DNA from: a virus
Virus record (IMG/VR): IMGVR_UViG_3300042534_000747
Direction: 5' to 3' (one strand)
DNA: 64,000 nt
In this document: in pieces, positions 1-9,989 of the stretch
Numbering within the stretch: position 1 is the stretch's first letter
Layout: each line of letters opens with the position of its first letter
Made by a program: the position numbers and the translations under genes
Notes under the pieces: generated by a model
The model's input: only the letters and a program-made list of their open reading frames with translations
What the model was told of the DNA's origin: nothing
The model's database searches: none

Positions 1-250
1 TATACCTGCTCTATCCTCTGAATCTAAAATAAATACAGGTTCAGGCATAGTACATGCAAAGTGTGTTTTTCCAGTGTGAGTAGAACCATAGACAAGGATT
101 CTACTTTTAATTGGTCTTTTTACAATATCTTCAATCGTTTGAAACAAAGCTTCATCTTCATCAAATTCTTTCTGTTTCAGTGGATTTTTTATTTTACCAT
201 TTGCAATATTTCCAGACATGATTTCTCCTTAAAAATTAAAAAAAGAAAAA

Positions 251-1309
251 TCATTCACTGAATTTGAATGACTTTATTTCTTCAGATTCTCCAACTGTTT
301 CCTGATATCTCTGTGATTTAATGGATTCCTTTAAAGCATCCATTGAGAATCTTTTTACAGTAGGGATAATAAGGCAAGCTGTCATTTGGAAAATATTCTT
401 ATTAGGCAAAAAGACGTTAGTTCCAAAGAAATATACCTGACTTTTCTTTCCACAATCAAATTTCTTTGCTAAATCAGGTGGACACCAAATAGTATAAGTA
501 TCATTTTCTTGTTCAGAAATTGACCTGTCTGTAACAGTATAAACCGCCCATTCACGACCTGTATTTTGGTCAACACCTTCTGAATAATTGACAACTGTTC
601 CCTTAATACACTTCAAATCTGTAGGATTTACGAATGAACGTTTTCCATCAGGTGCAGGTGTCATTTTTGACCTGTTCTTATCAATTTTATTAAGGTCAAT
701 AACTGGATATTGAGCAGTTACATTCTTTTGCTTCTTTTTCATATCATTTGGAATACCTGTGATTTCACATGGCTTAAATTCAGTTGATTCCTGAATTGTG
801 AATCTCATTTCAGGCTTTCCTTCTTCATCCTCATAATAAGCAAGTAGGCAACTATATGTTTCAAGAACTTCAACATTCTTCAGTTTGATGAGCTTTTCAT
901 CATAAGCACGTATCATTCCCTTAATAGGTGCATCTGAATCTGATTCAGGGTCTTTTACCAATGCAAAAATATCTCTGTAATGACTTCCCTTTGAAGTTAC
1001 ATTTGCAGGATACATACCCATAACAAGAATTTCAAACAGGCGTTTAGGCATCTTTGCTTCCTGTTTAACAGAAACAATTACATCATCCTTCACCATGTCT
1101 ATAAATTCATCAGGTTCTACACCATCTTCTACAGAATCATCATCCGTAACTACAATGCCTAGTCCTTCAACTAAATCTGTAATATTTTTGTTAATGAAAT
1201 TAAAAATAATTTCTTCATCCATTTCATTATCAGATGCTATTTCTTTTCCCCATGTTCTGAGTTCTTCATATACATCTTCTGGAATTCCGCTTGGTATTTC
1301 AATTGACAT
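251..1309 (-). CDS. Putative OB-fold ssDNA-binding (RPA/SSB-like) protein
   Basis: 352 aa; acidic N-terminus; C-terminal beta-rich segment (CIKGTVVNY...WAVYTVTDRS...YTIWCP...QVYFFGT) has an OB-fold pattern; GGTGA RBS. Confidence 0.45.
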   Translation of the reverse strand: MSIEIPSGIPEDVYEELRTWGKEIASDNEMDEEIIFNFINKNITDLVEGLGIVVTDDDSVEDGVEPDEFIDMVKDDVIVSVKQEAKMPKRLFEILVMGMYPANVTSKGSHYRDIFALVKDPESDSDAPIKGMIRAYDEKLIKLKNVEVLETYSCLLAYYEDEEGKPEMRFTIQESTEFKPCEITGIPNDMKKKQKNVTAQYPVIDLNKIDKNRSKMTPAPDGKRSFVNPTDLKCIKGTVVNYSEGVDQNTGREWAVYTVTDRSISEQENDTYTIWCPPDLAKKFDCGKKSQVYFFGTNVFLPNKNIFQMTACLIIPTVKRFSMDALKESIKSQRYQETVGESEEIKSFKFSE

Positions 1310-1456
1310 TTTATTTCACCTATTTAACATACTACATAATTTTGCATGTTCTGTTTGATTTTTTAGATAGAATTCTCTATTTGTTGACAATTCCATTTAA
1401 GATTGTAAAAAAATACAGAATGTTTAGTTAAAACAACTGTGCTAATTATACAACCG

Positions 1457-1508
1457 TTGTTCTGTGTTAGAACAATACTATCAATGTACGTTTTAATATA
1501 TAAACGTA
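1457..1508. promoter_or_regulatory. Promoter of the OB-fold gene with two inverted repeats
   Basis: TACGTTT(1487-1493)-TAATATAT-AAACGTA(1502-1508) brackets the minus-strand TATA box; TTGTTCT-GTGTT-AGAACAA hairpin at 1457-1475. Confidence 0.45.
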
Positions 1509-1564
1509 TGCCAAGAAAGGAACATACTTACTTAAAATATTTAAAAAGTAAGGAAAAAAAGTAA

Positions 1565-1906
1565 TTATTTCTTCAATTCAAGTGGTTCAGTCGTTAGTAA
1601 ATAATTATATAATTCAGGATTTAATTCTTTAATGATATCCATTCTTCTCTTTTTTTGTACTGGATATGGTATTGTATTCAATTCTTCTAATTTACTATTA
1701 TAGAATGAATCAGTTTCATTATTAATATTAGTAACAACTTTCAAACATACATCAGGGCAATAATTTTTAAATTTACATGCATGACAACATGTAAAATCTT
1801 CAGTTGCATAACATTCTGAAGCGTTTTTATCAGTGCATAAAATATTATTTGCATCACATATTACTTTTTCATCTTTATTTGGTTTATAAAAATTAAACAA
1901 TGACAT
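1565..1906 (-). CDS. Cys-rich hypothetical protein, possibly Zn-binding
   Basis: 113 aa; CCHACKFKNYCPDVC cluster; coupled to upstream ORF. Confidence 0.7.
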   Translation of the reverse strand: MSLFNFYKPNKDEKVICDANNILCTDKNASECYATEDFTCCHACKFKNYCPDVCLKVVTNINNETDSFYNSKLEELNTIPYPVQKKRRMDIIKELNPELYNYLLTTEPLELKK

Positions 1907-2226
1907 TATAATCCATCCTTAAATATTAATTCTTTAAAAGGTTTAATTTTATTATTTGTTCTTATTTCAAGTGCATTATTGATTTCATGTTCAGAAGCAA
2001 TTCTATCAATGTGAAATGATTGAATTTTACATTTTTCACCATCCGATAAAAATTCACCAAATATAGATGCATTTTTTATAAAATGTTCCTGATTTGAAAA
2101 ACTGCCTTCTCCACCACTACAAAAAAATATACGTGTTAATGGATTTTTACCATTATAGTATTCTGATAATAATAACACATATTTGCCTTTATAATCCATG
2201 ATATCAAGGTAATATCTATACTTCAT
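1906..2226 (-). CDS. Hypothetical protein
   Basis: 106 aa ORF, stop/start overlap with next gene. Confidence 0.7.
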   Translation of the reverse strand: MKYRYYLDIMDYKGKYVLLLSEYYNGKNPLTRIFFCSGGEGSFSNQEHFIKNASIFGEFLSDGEKCKIQSFHIDRIASEHEINNALEIRTNNKIKPFKELIFKDGL

Positions 2227-2420
2227 TATATAAAAATGTTTCTACTAATTGATTATCAAGTTTATTTTTTTACAATGAAATGGTTATATTTACTGGTATT
2301 TAACTATGATGTTGTAAATAAATAAAATTGCATAAATAAAACAATATCTTTAAATATAAAGACTGTATAGTACAGGTGATATTATAATAATATCATAATG
2401 ATAAAAAGGGATGAATGTAA

Positions 2421-2972
2421 ATGAATAATATATGGAATACAGATAAATTAATTTTTAATGAAAGAACGGCACTTGTATTTAAACATCCTTATCATATGAG
2501 ATGTAAAAAGATATTTTTAGTAATTGATTGGTGTAATAAAGTAATAAGTACTGATGTAGAAAAATGTTTAACCCCTTATGAAAAAACTCTTTTTGTAAAA
2601 CCTGAAGATAATAAACATATTACAAGACATTCAATTATGAGCAATGTAAATGCTTTGACATTGAAGAGTATTGTTGATGAGAACATTGAATATTTCAATG
2701 AAGTATTTGATTATGGTAATCCTGAAACACATTATATGGAATATGCTGAAATGCTCATGGAAGGCATATATAGAGCCAATTTAAACGGTACTGACGGACT
2801 TTATTATTGTGATGAATGGTTTGGTAGCAAAAATATAATTGTTGATAAAAATATATATGGTAAAAAGTTTGATACTTTTATAACTAATAATGCAATTATT
2901 GCTAAAACCAATGGTGTTGTTTTTGTAGATGATATTTTTACTTATTTTATGGGATTAAGAGATAAATCTTAA
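2421..2972 (+). CDS. Hypothetical protein
   Basis: 183 aa ORF after TATA-like TTTAAATA; no motif recognised. Confidence 0.8.
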   Translation: MNNIWNTDKLIFNERTALVFKHPYHMRCKKIFLVIDWCNKVISTDVEKCLTPYEKTLFVKPEDNKHITRHSIMSNVNALTLKSIVDENIEYFNEVFDYGNPETHYMEYAEMLMEGIYRANLNGTDGLYYCDEWFGSKNIIVDKNIYGKKFDTFITNNAIIAKTNGVVFVDDIFTYFMGLRDKS

Positions 2973-3090
2973 TCTCATTTGTACTATTTTTACAAACCTT
3001 TATGTAGTATGAGGGTTATACTATGAACTGCAAGTTTGGTATACTTGTTGACATTAATAAAGTTTGCAAGATTAGTTACTTTACAAAAAA

Positions 3091-3330
3091 TTGAAGGTAT
3101 TAATTATGGTATATGAAAAAAATATAGGAGATTATGAATATAAGAATGGTATAAAAATGATAAGTTCATTAGGTACTCAGACAATTCAAATTAATGAAAA
3201 TTTAAAAGATTATACTATTGAAGAAATTGCAGATGCAATTGTGGAAAAATATGGTATTGAAAAAGGAATTTTGAAAATATTGAATGTTGAATTTACATAT
3301 GTAAAAGAATCAAAAAATCAAGAGGTATGA
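3091..3330 (+). CDS. Hypothetical protein
   Basis: 79 aa ORF. Confidence 0.6.
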   Translation: MKVLIMVYEKNIGDYEYKNGIKMISSLGTQTIQINENLKDYTIEEIADAIVEKYGIEKGILKILNVEFTYVKESKNQEV

Positions 3331-3591
3331 TTGAAAGATGATAAATGATATTGAATCAAAAAATATGATAATGATAGGTATTTGGATAATAAGTTTAGAG
3401 GGATTGTTATACAAATTAATAGAAATTATTCACATCCAACAACATGTGTTGTAAAGTATTCTGATGGTAATCAAGGCAATACATGGACTGATAAAATTGC
3501 AAAAATCGATTAAATATTATTTTTTTCTTTTTTACATAACATTTATATAATATAAGTGCCATTGTATGACTTGCAATTTTAGGTGAGACAT

Positions 3592-4185
3592 ATGATGAAG
3601 AGTGTTAACTATGCAATTTGGGTTATGATTGGATTTTTATATCTGGTTTTAACTGCAAATGTTGCAGTAAGTGGAACAATTGATTATAATCAAAGTTATG
3701 ATTATTTTGTAAATTATGAGCATAGTGTTTTAAAAATAAATGAATCTGATTACATGGGATTTGCAGGGGATTCATGTAAATATATGTATAATAATCCTGA
3801 AGCTGTTGATGTAAGTTATGATGAATTAATTAATTTTGTTGAAAATGATAAAACTGATAATTTATTATATGTTAATAATTTATTCAAATGTTTAGATTTT
3901 GCTACAGTACTTCATAATAATGCTGAAGAAAAAGGAATTAGAACAGGGATAGTTTTAATTAAATGGGAAAATAAATCAATAGGACATGCAATTAATTGTT
4001 TTAATACTACTGATAAAGGAATGATTTACATTGATAGTGTAGGCAGTAGTGAATATCAAAAAGATGTACAATATGATTCAATAAGTTGTTTTAGTGGTGG
4101 AAATTATATAGAAACTAATTTAAAAACAAATAAGGAGTGTATTAATCGAATGGGGAAATATCAATGGAAGAAAGAATATTGGTAA
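3592..4185 (+). CDS. Membrane-anchored transglutaminase-like (papain-fold) cysteine peptidase
   Basis: N-terminal hydrophobic segment; CLDFA...GHAINCF...IYID Cys-His-Asp triad; paralog of 21545..22156; start moved to the ATG after the AGGTGA RBS. Confidence 0.65.
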   Translation: MMKSVNYAIWVMIGFLYLVLTANVAVSGTIDYNQSYDYFVNYEHSVLKINESDYMGFAGDSCKYMYNNPEAVDVSYDELINFVENDKTDNLLYVNNLFKCLDFATVLHNNAEEKGIRTGIVLIKWENKSIGHAINCFNTTDKGMIYIDSVGSSEYQKDVQYDSISCFSGGNYIETNLKTNKECINRMGKYQWKKEYW

Positions 4186-4239
4186 TTTAGCAAATGATTA
4201 TATATCATTAGTGTATGATATTTACATGTAGGTGGAAAA

Positions 4240-4704
4240 ATGCATCTTGATAAAATTCATGATAATTGGGAAAATATATGTATGATAAGTGAAGATATTA
4301 GAGAAGAATTTATAAAGTATTTGGAAAATTTACCAGATGAATTTGATGATTATATAATAAAATTGATTGATGATACTGCATTTAAAAATGAATATTTTTC
4401 AAAAAATAGATATAAAATTTCAAAAAGTGCATTAGTATTAGGTGAAAAAATATATGATGAAATGGGTAGATATGTATTTCCATTTATTGAAAAAATAAAC
4501 ACAAAAGGTTATTCAGGTTGTGGCACTTGGAGTTGGTCAATGTGGGATTTAAAAACACAGTTTTCAATTGGTAGTAGTGATTCTGTTAATGATTGTAAAT
4601 TAAAAAAACATGGTTTGGATTTTGTAACACCATTATATGATTCTGAATATGTTGATGGTGAAATCAGTGTATTTTTAAAAATTCCTGAAAAATTTATTAA
4701 ATAA
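4240..4704 (+). CDS. Hypothetical protein
   Basis: 154 aa ORF behind a degenerate class-I promoter repeat. Confidence 0.8.
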   Translation: MHLDKIHDNWENICMISEDIREEFIKYLENLPDEFDDYIIKLIDDTAFKNEYFSKNRYKISKSALVLGEKIYDEMGRYVFPFIEKINTKGYSGCGTWSWSMWDLKTQFSIGSSDSVNDCKLKKHGLDFVTPLYDSEYVDGEISVFLKIPEKFIK

Positions 4705-4722
4705 TTCTTTTTTTAGCAAACA

Positions 4723-4769
4723 TTTATATATGATTAGTGCATTGTATGGTATTGTAGGTGAATATTATG
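4723..4769 (+). promoter_or_regulatory. Class-I intergenic repeat (T-tract terminator, BRE/TATA, TTGTA-N5-TTGTAGGT, RBS)
   Basis: TTTATATA starts exactly 29 nt before TTGTAGG; same architecture in at least 10 copies. Confidence 0.85.
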
Positions 4770-5087
4770 GCAATTACAAATTATGAATATGAAGTTGTAA
4801 AGATTCCAACAATGTTACTTATTGGTAAAGAAACAGAAAAGGGTATTCAGTATGAAGATGAAATTGAAGGATTTAATGTGAATCTTGTAAGATATGAAAT
4901 TCATGATGATGGTGATAGAGTAATTGATTCTAGTGGTAGTATTACTCTGACTGGTCTTACAAAGGATGAAGAAGGTCAATTTGAAATGATTAAAAATATG
5001 ATTATAAATACATGTTGTATGTTTGGACAGCATGTTACAGATATAAGCAGGTTTGATTTTCATAAGATGTTTAGGAAAGATAACTAA
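4767..5087 (+). CDS. Hypothetical protein
   Basis: ORF directly behind class-I repeat; ATG at 4767. Confidence 0.8.
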   Translation: MAITNYEYEVVKIPTMLLIGKETEKGIQYEDEIEGFNVNLVRYEIHDDGDRVIDSSGSITLTGLTKDEEGQFEMIKNMIINTCCMFGQHVTDISRFDFHKMFRKDN

Positions 5088-5281
5088 TGTATGGAAAAGC
5101 AATAGATATGTTGTTTGATAAGGATTTTGAAATTAAAGAATTACTTGAATCTTTGATTGATGAAGTTAAAGATTCTAAAAATCCTTCTGAAAAGACATTA
5201 TGTGTTTTGGAAAAACATATGGAAAAAAATTCATTTGTAGCAGAATATTTGATTGAATATTATAAAAAGAATTCAAGATAA
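5087..5281 (+). CDS. Small hypothetical protein
   Basis: 64 aa, translationally coupled. Confidence 0.7.
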   Translation: MYGKAIDMLFDKDFEIKELLESLIDEVKDSKNPSEKTLCVLEKHMEKNSFVAEYLIEYYKKNSR

Positions 5282-5293
5282 GGAGTGGAGTAG

Positions 5294-5482
5294 ATGGAAA
5301 ATACAATGCCTGAAAATGAGCATGAAATGATGCTTATCATTAAAAAAGAGCTTGAAATGAATGGTGATATTGAAGATATTCTGGTTGACGATGGTGTAAA
5401 ATATCCAACTGGATTTTCAATAACTTTCAAAAATGGAAAAACATTCTATATTCATCCAGAAGAACTTGATTATGAGGTATGA
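5294..5482 (+). CDS. Small hypothetical protein
   Basis: 62 aa, GGAG RBS. Confidence 0.7.
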   Translation: MENTMPENEHEMMLIIKKELEMNGDIEDILVDDGVKYPTGFSITFKNGKTFYIHPEELDYEV

Positions 5483-5703
5483 AAATGACTGAACATGTAG
5501 TATGGGAAATTATAAAAAAAGATGTATATACTGAAGAAGGTGTAAAGAAAATTGAAGATGTTTATGATGAACTCTATGAGATTTTCTATAAACCTTTGAA
5601 TCATACACCTAGAGAGAATGTACAGAATTATTTGGCATCGTTTAGTGAATTTTATAGTGAAGTATATTCTATCATGAGATATTTTTCAATGCAGAATGAT
5701 TGA
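5479..5703 (+). CDS. Small hypothetical protein
   Basis: 74 aa, ATGA overlap. Confidence 0.7.
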   Translation: MKMTEHVVWEIIKKDVYTEEGVKKIEDVYDELYEIFYKPLNHTPRENVQNYLASFSEFYSEVYSIMRYFSMQND

Positions 5704-5730
5704 ACTATATTTTTTAAAAATGTGATTTAA

Positions 5731-6198
5731 ATGAAAAATAATGATTATATTTTTGAAGAAAGTGAAAGATTGTCCGAATGGTTAAAAGATAATCCAAATG
5801 CATATTCAAAAAAAATTATATCTGAAATGAAATCACTTGTTTCAGCTCTTGATGAATATTTTTTTGAAAATGCATATATTACAAATTCACTGAATATAGC
5901 ATTTGAATCAGAAAAAGCAGATGTATGTCATGTTTGCCATACAAAAAAAGACCTTATAAAGACATTAAGTGCAAAAATTTATTATTCAAGTGATAGATGG
6001 AATTATGCAAGATTACATCATGTAAAAATGATTGTTGCAAAAATTGCAGAACTTGATGGATTTTCAGATAGATTAATGAATAATGAAATTAGAAATATTC
6101 GTACAATTGAAGCTAAAAGGCGATATATAAGAATTGATGGTGAAAAATATAAAATAAGAACTGATTATAGAAGAATACAAAAAATGACAAGAGGTTAA
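5731..6198 (+). CDS. Hypothetical protein
   Basis: 155 aa ORF, basic C-terminus. Confidence 0.75.
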   Translation: MKNNDYIFEESERLSEWLKDNPNAYSKKIISEMKSLVSALDEYFFENAYITNSLNIAFESEKADVCHVCHTKKDLIKTLSAKIYYSSDRWNYARLHHVKMIVAKIAELDGFSDRLMNNEIRNIRTIEAKRRYIRIDGEKYKIRTDYRRIQKMTRG

Positions 6199-6202
6199 AA
6201 AT

Positions 6203-7060
6203 ATGACAATAATTTGTTATCATCATGATGATTTAGATGGGATTGTAGCAGGTGCTATTGTATTGGAAGCAGAACGTAATGTAGAATTTATTGCTGTTAA
6301 TTATGGGGATATGTGGGATGAAGAGTTGGTGAAGGATGCTAAAGTTTATGTAGTTGATTTTAGTTTCCCTGTTATGATGAAATTGAAGGAATCTTGTAAA
6401 GAACTTGTATGGATTGACCATCATAAAACTGCAATGGAACAACAGATAGATGCATGGAATGATGAGGAAATCAAAGGGTTACGAAGTATGGAACTATCAG
6501 GTTGTGAACTTACATGGCAATATTTCCATAATGGTGAAAATGTACCACAGGTTGTAAAATATGTAGGTGACATGGATTTATGGGAGTTTGATTATGGAAA
6601 TGATACTAAACAGTATTGTGAAGCAGCTAAGTATATATTTACAACACCTGATGATTATTTGCTAGGTTTTATGCTAACTACTGGTCAACTTAATTTTGAA
6701 AAAGCAACAGAAATTAAAGAACAGGGAAAAATTCTTATTAAGGCAAAAGAAGAACGTGTTAAAAAAGTATTCCATAAAGGGATTGATATTTCATTGCAGG
6801 GTTATAGAGCACGTTTGATGAATACCACATGTGATACTTCTGAAGTAGGTGCTTATGTTTATACTATGCCTGAATATGATATGGCAGTGATGTATCAGAT
6901 AATAGGTAATGATGTTATATTGAGTTTTAGGTCAAATGTTGTTGATGTAGGTGAAATAGCTGAATCTTATGGTGGTGGTGGACATAAATTTGCATCAGGT
7001 GCAACAGTTGATTTTGAAATATTAATTGGTTGGTATAATACTTGTAAAAAGAATATTTAA
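6203..7060 (+). CDS. DHH/DHHA1-family phosphoesterase
   Basis: Motifs YHHDDLDG, VVDFS, WIDHH, GDMDLW and C-terminal GGGGHKFASG. Confidence 0.9.
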   Translation: MTIICYHHDDLDGIVAGAIVLEAERNVEFIAVNYGDMWDEELVKDAKVYVVDFSFPVMMKLKESCKELVWIDHHKTAMEQQIDAWNDEEIKGLRSMELSGCELTWQYFHNGENVPQVVKYVGDMDLWEFDYGNDTKQYCEAAKYIFTTPDDYLLGFMLTTGQLNFEKATEIKEQGKILIKAKEERVKKVFHKGIDISLQGYRARLMNTTCDTSEVGAYVYTMPEYDMAVMYQIIGNDVILSFRSNVVDVGEIAESYGGGGHKFASGATVDFEILIGWYNTCKKNI

Positions 7061-7084
7061 AAATGTAAAATTTAAGTGATAATT

Positions 7085-7480
7085 ATGAAAATATGTATTA
7101 GACATAAAATTTGTGGAAATGATGAAGATTGTCAATATTTTATAAAGGGTACATATCCTGTTTGTTCATCATGTTATGCTGAATATCTGAATTTTAATTC
7201 TGCATTTTTAGACATTGGTGATTATAAAGATTCAGATGGTAATGAATTACCGTATTTTAAATATTTCAATATTGGTGTTTGTGAAATAAAAAAATATAAT
7301 GCCAATTATGGTGATGATAGAGTTTGTGTATGTGGACATACATATGACAGACATTTTGACTATTATGAAAATTATGCGGCAGTAGGTTGTAAATACTGTG
7401 GTTGTGAATTTGAAGAAGCAGATTCAAAAGAACGAATCATACGTAATGATGCATGGTCAATGGAACAAATAATTAAATAA
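7085..7480 (+). CDS. Cys/His-rich (Zn-binding) viral hypothetical protein
   Basis: CVCGHTYDRHFD...GCKYCGC. Confidence 0.75.
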   Translation: MKICIRHKICGNDEDCQYFIKGTYPVCSSCYAEYLNFNSAFLDIGDYKDSDGNELPYFKYFNIGVCEIKKYNANYGDDRVCVCGHTYDRHFDYYENYAAVGCKYCGCEFEEADSKERIIRNDAWSMEQIIK

Positions 7481-7501
7481 CAATTCATTTTTTAGCAAAC
7501 A

Positions 7502-7549
7502 TTTATATACTTTGACACCATTGTATAGCATTGTAGGTGTATTAAAATG
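7502..7549 (+). promoter_or_regulatory. Class-I intergenic repeat
   Basis: TTTATATA 7502, TTGTA-N5-TTGTAGGT, 29-nt spacing. Confidence 0.85.
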
Positions 7550-7807
7550 AATATAAATGATATAGTAGATTTTGCAAAGGAAAATGGTTTTGCCATTGTA
7601 CAGATTACAAATGAAGAAAATTTTTGTGCCGATTTTGACACGATTGTTTTTGAAAATGTAGACAGATATGTAAGTGTTGAAACAAGAAGAGGAAAAATTT
7701 CAGTCAATTGGTCTGCAATTGGTAATTCCAGTATTGGTGCTACAACTAATTTCATTCATAAAATGGAAATTGCAAAGGAAATTGCAAAGATGCTTCAGGT
7801 GCTATAA
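7547..7807 (+). CDS. Hypothetical protein
   Basis: 86 aa behind class-I repeat. Confidence 0.8.
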   Translation: MNINDIVDFAKENGFAIVQITNEENFCADFDTIVFENVDRYVSVETRRGKISVNWSAIGNSSIGATTNFIHKMEIAKEIAKMLQVL

Positions 7808-8316
7808 TGAAACTTTTTTATAAAGATGAAGCAGGTAGAATTGAAGATGTTATTGCTAAGAATTGCACATTTCCTAAAATGACAGGTCATGGTGGCAGGT
7901 CATGGGATATAAAAGATATTTACATAAATGATGTGAAATATAGATTTTATTATGATACTACATGGGGTAGAAATTATTATTTTGTGTATGATGGAAAAAG
8001 CTATTCAATAGATGTAATTGATTTCCCATCAAATAAATATTATACACTTTTGTCATATGCATATCATAATCAGGCAATTCCTTCTGAAATGAAAAATATA
8101 GATGATTTGAATTCTATGTTTTTTAATACAGTGTATGAGTTAAAGAGATATTCATATACAGATTTAAATGAAGCATTTGAGCATTTAGAAGATGTTTATA
8201 TTTTCAAAGATGATGTAATCACTGATATTGAATATTTTATGAGGATAGTTGAAAATCCAAATAAAGTACAAATTAAAATAATGAAGATATTGAATTTCAA
8301 TCGTGTAGAATTGTAG
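7807..8316 (+). CDS. Hypothetical protein
   Basis: 169 aa; its TAG stop lies inside a TTGTAGGTGA motif. Confidence 0.8.
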   Translation: MKLFYKDEAGRIEDVIAKNCTFPKMTGHGGRSWDIKDIYINDVKYRFYYDTTWGRNYYFVYDGKSYSIDVIDFPSNKYYTLLSYAYHNQAIPSEMKNIDDLNSMFFNTVYELKRYSYTDLNEAFEHLEDVYIFKDDVITDIEYFMRIVENPNKVQIKIMKILNFNRVEL

Positions 8317-8325
8317 GTGAATATT

Positions 8326-8790
8326 ATGAATGTTGATTTAGAAAGTACAATAATTCAGATGGCAGAGTCAGTTGTTATAAATAATGAATTACCTGATTCT
8401 ATTTCTTTTACTATTAGGATGGAAACACCAATCTGTGAAATGCATGACGGTGAAAGATATTTTGAAGGGTCAGATTGCTCATTTTATCATATGATTTTCC
8501 ATACAAGAAGTAATTATGTTAAGGTGTATGCTGTGAAGTCAGAATCTATGTTTTATCCTGATATTGAAGATGTGCTTAAACTTGTTTCAAATCATGATTC
8601 AGGATGGCGACAGGACTCTTGGTATGACCTTAGAAAGATTGTAAGGGAAATCAATAATCCAGAATTGAGATTGAGTATTCAGAATGTAGAAATTTTCAAC
8701 TTAACAACTGAAATCGTACCTTGCAGTTACGAATATACATATAGATATAATCATCATCAAAAGACAATTGAAAAAAATAATTTAAATTAA
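8326..8790 (+). CDS. Hypothetical protein
   Basis: ATG after AGGTGA RBS. Confidence 0.8.
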   Translation: MNVDLESTIIQMAESVVINNELPDSISFTIRMETPICEMHDGERYFEGSDCSFYHMIFHTRSNYVKVYAVKSESMFYPDIEDVLKLVSNHDSGWRQDSWYDLRKIVREINNPELRLSIQNVEIFNLTTEIVPCSYEYTYRYNHHQKTIEKNNLN

Positions 8791-8815
8791 AATATAATTA
8801 TATAAAGGTGTATTT

Positions 8816-9199
8816 ATGAAAGCAATTTGTTTAAGAACTGGAAGAGAAGCTTCTTTGATGGAAACATGTAATTGTGCATTGAAAGTTAATGATAAAATAA
8901 TTGAATTTGATGAAATTTGTCAGGTTGGATGTGGATTTCTAAAAGAATGTCAGGAGTTCACAAATAAGGAAGCTCTTGAATTTGGCATAAGATTACATCA
9001 GATTATGGAAAAATGGAATTCCGATTTGTCATTTGAAACAGAATTGAATGAAGATACAGTAGATGAACTTGCTTCAAAATTGAAGGATGAGTTAGGTGAT
9101 TTGGCAATTATTTACGGTGTAATTTGGAATTTGAGAAAAGAACAACATGCAGTAAGATTGAATGAAGATTGCTATGATATGGCAAATTTGATGCTTTGA
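8816..9199 (+). CDS. Hypothetical protein with N-terminal Cys cluster
   Basis: 127 aa; AGGTG RBS. Confidence 0.75.
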   Translation: MKAICLRTGREASLMETCNCALKVNDKIIEFDEICQVGCGFLKECQEFTNKEALEFGIRLHQIMEKWNSDLSFETELNEDTVDELASKLKDELGDLAIIYGVIWNLRKEQHAVRLNEDCYDMANLML

Positions 9200-9240
9200 A
9201 GGTATATAAATAAAAACAGATAAACATAAAGGGTAATTAA

Positions 9241-9423
9241 ATGATATTTATTAAAAATTATGAAAAGTTTAGAGATGAAATTATTGATGTACTTAATAAA
9301 TCTGAAAAATTTGAAAAGATTTCATTAATTGCAGATGATATATTAAGAATTGAACTAAAAAATGAAGATAGAACGTTTAGTTTACACATTGGTGAAATAA
9401 ATCCAAAATATGATTTAAAGTAG
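9241..9423 (+). CDS. Small hypothetical protein
   Basis: 60 aa in gene array. Confidence 0.65.
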   Translation: MIFIKNYEKFRDEIIDVLNKSEKFEKISLIADDILRIELKNEDRTFSLHIGEINPKYDLK

Positions 9424-9432
9424 GTGTGAAAA

Positions 9433-9978
9433 ATGTCAGGTGGGAGTTTTAATTATTTGTTTGCTACAGATGGTATTGATTTGATTGATGAATGTAAATT
9501 GCGTTATATGAAAAAAATGTATCGTGAACTTATAGATTTAGGTATTCATGATGGTGCAAAAGAAACAAAAAAAATAATTGATGAAATGGAATTATTTGTT
9601 AAAAAATATGATAATACAATGGAAACTCTTAGTTCATTGTGGAAAGCAGTAGAGTGGGAATGTAGCGGTGATATTGGAGAAGATTCATTGAATGAAAAAG
9701 TTGCTGAATTTAGGAAAAATAAATATAATATAGATGTATTAAGTAAGAATTTTAAAATTAATGCTTATCAGTTTGATGGAACAAAAGCAAGTAAAGAAGC
9801 AATTTGTACTGTATTTCCTGATTTGGTGACAAGTTTCATAAAAGATGAAGAAAGTGATATAATTGAAATATGGGGAATATATATTGATTTTAAAAATGAA
9901 TGTTTATCACATCTTCAAAAAAATGATTGGATTTATCAAGATTCAAAAGGATTGTTCCATGTAGTTGAGTATTTTTGA
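9433..9978 (+). CDS. Phage-type hypothetical protein (MSGGSFNY N-terminus)
   Basis: 181 aa; appears two-domain (SGGSFNYL... and AYQFDG...DWI). Confidence 0.75.
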   Translation: MSGGSFNYLFATDGIDLIDECKLRYMKKMYRELIDLGIHDGAKETKKIIDEMELFVKKYDNTMETLSSLWKAVEWECSGDIGEDSLNEKVAEFRKNKYNIDVLSKNFKINAYQFDGTKASKEAICTVFPDLVTSFIKDEESDIIEIWGIYIDFKNECLSHLQKNDWIYQDSKGLFHVVEYF

Positions 9979-9989
9979 GGTAGATTAAT

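Noticed and set aside
3338-3513. Small gene needing a frameshift at an A6 run (3358-3363), possibly programmed
   Set aside because: No stimulatory structure seen; cannot be separated from a homopolymer error or a pseudogene without reads
8816-9199. ELGDL as a second MazG-like motif
   Set aside because: The upstream EExxE half of the motif is missing
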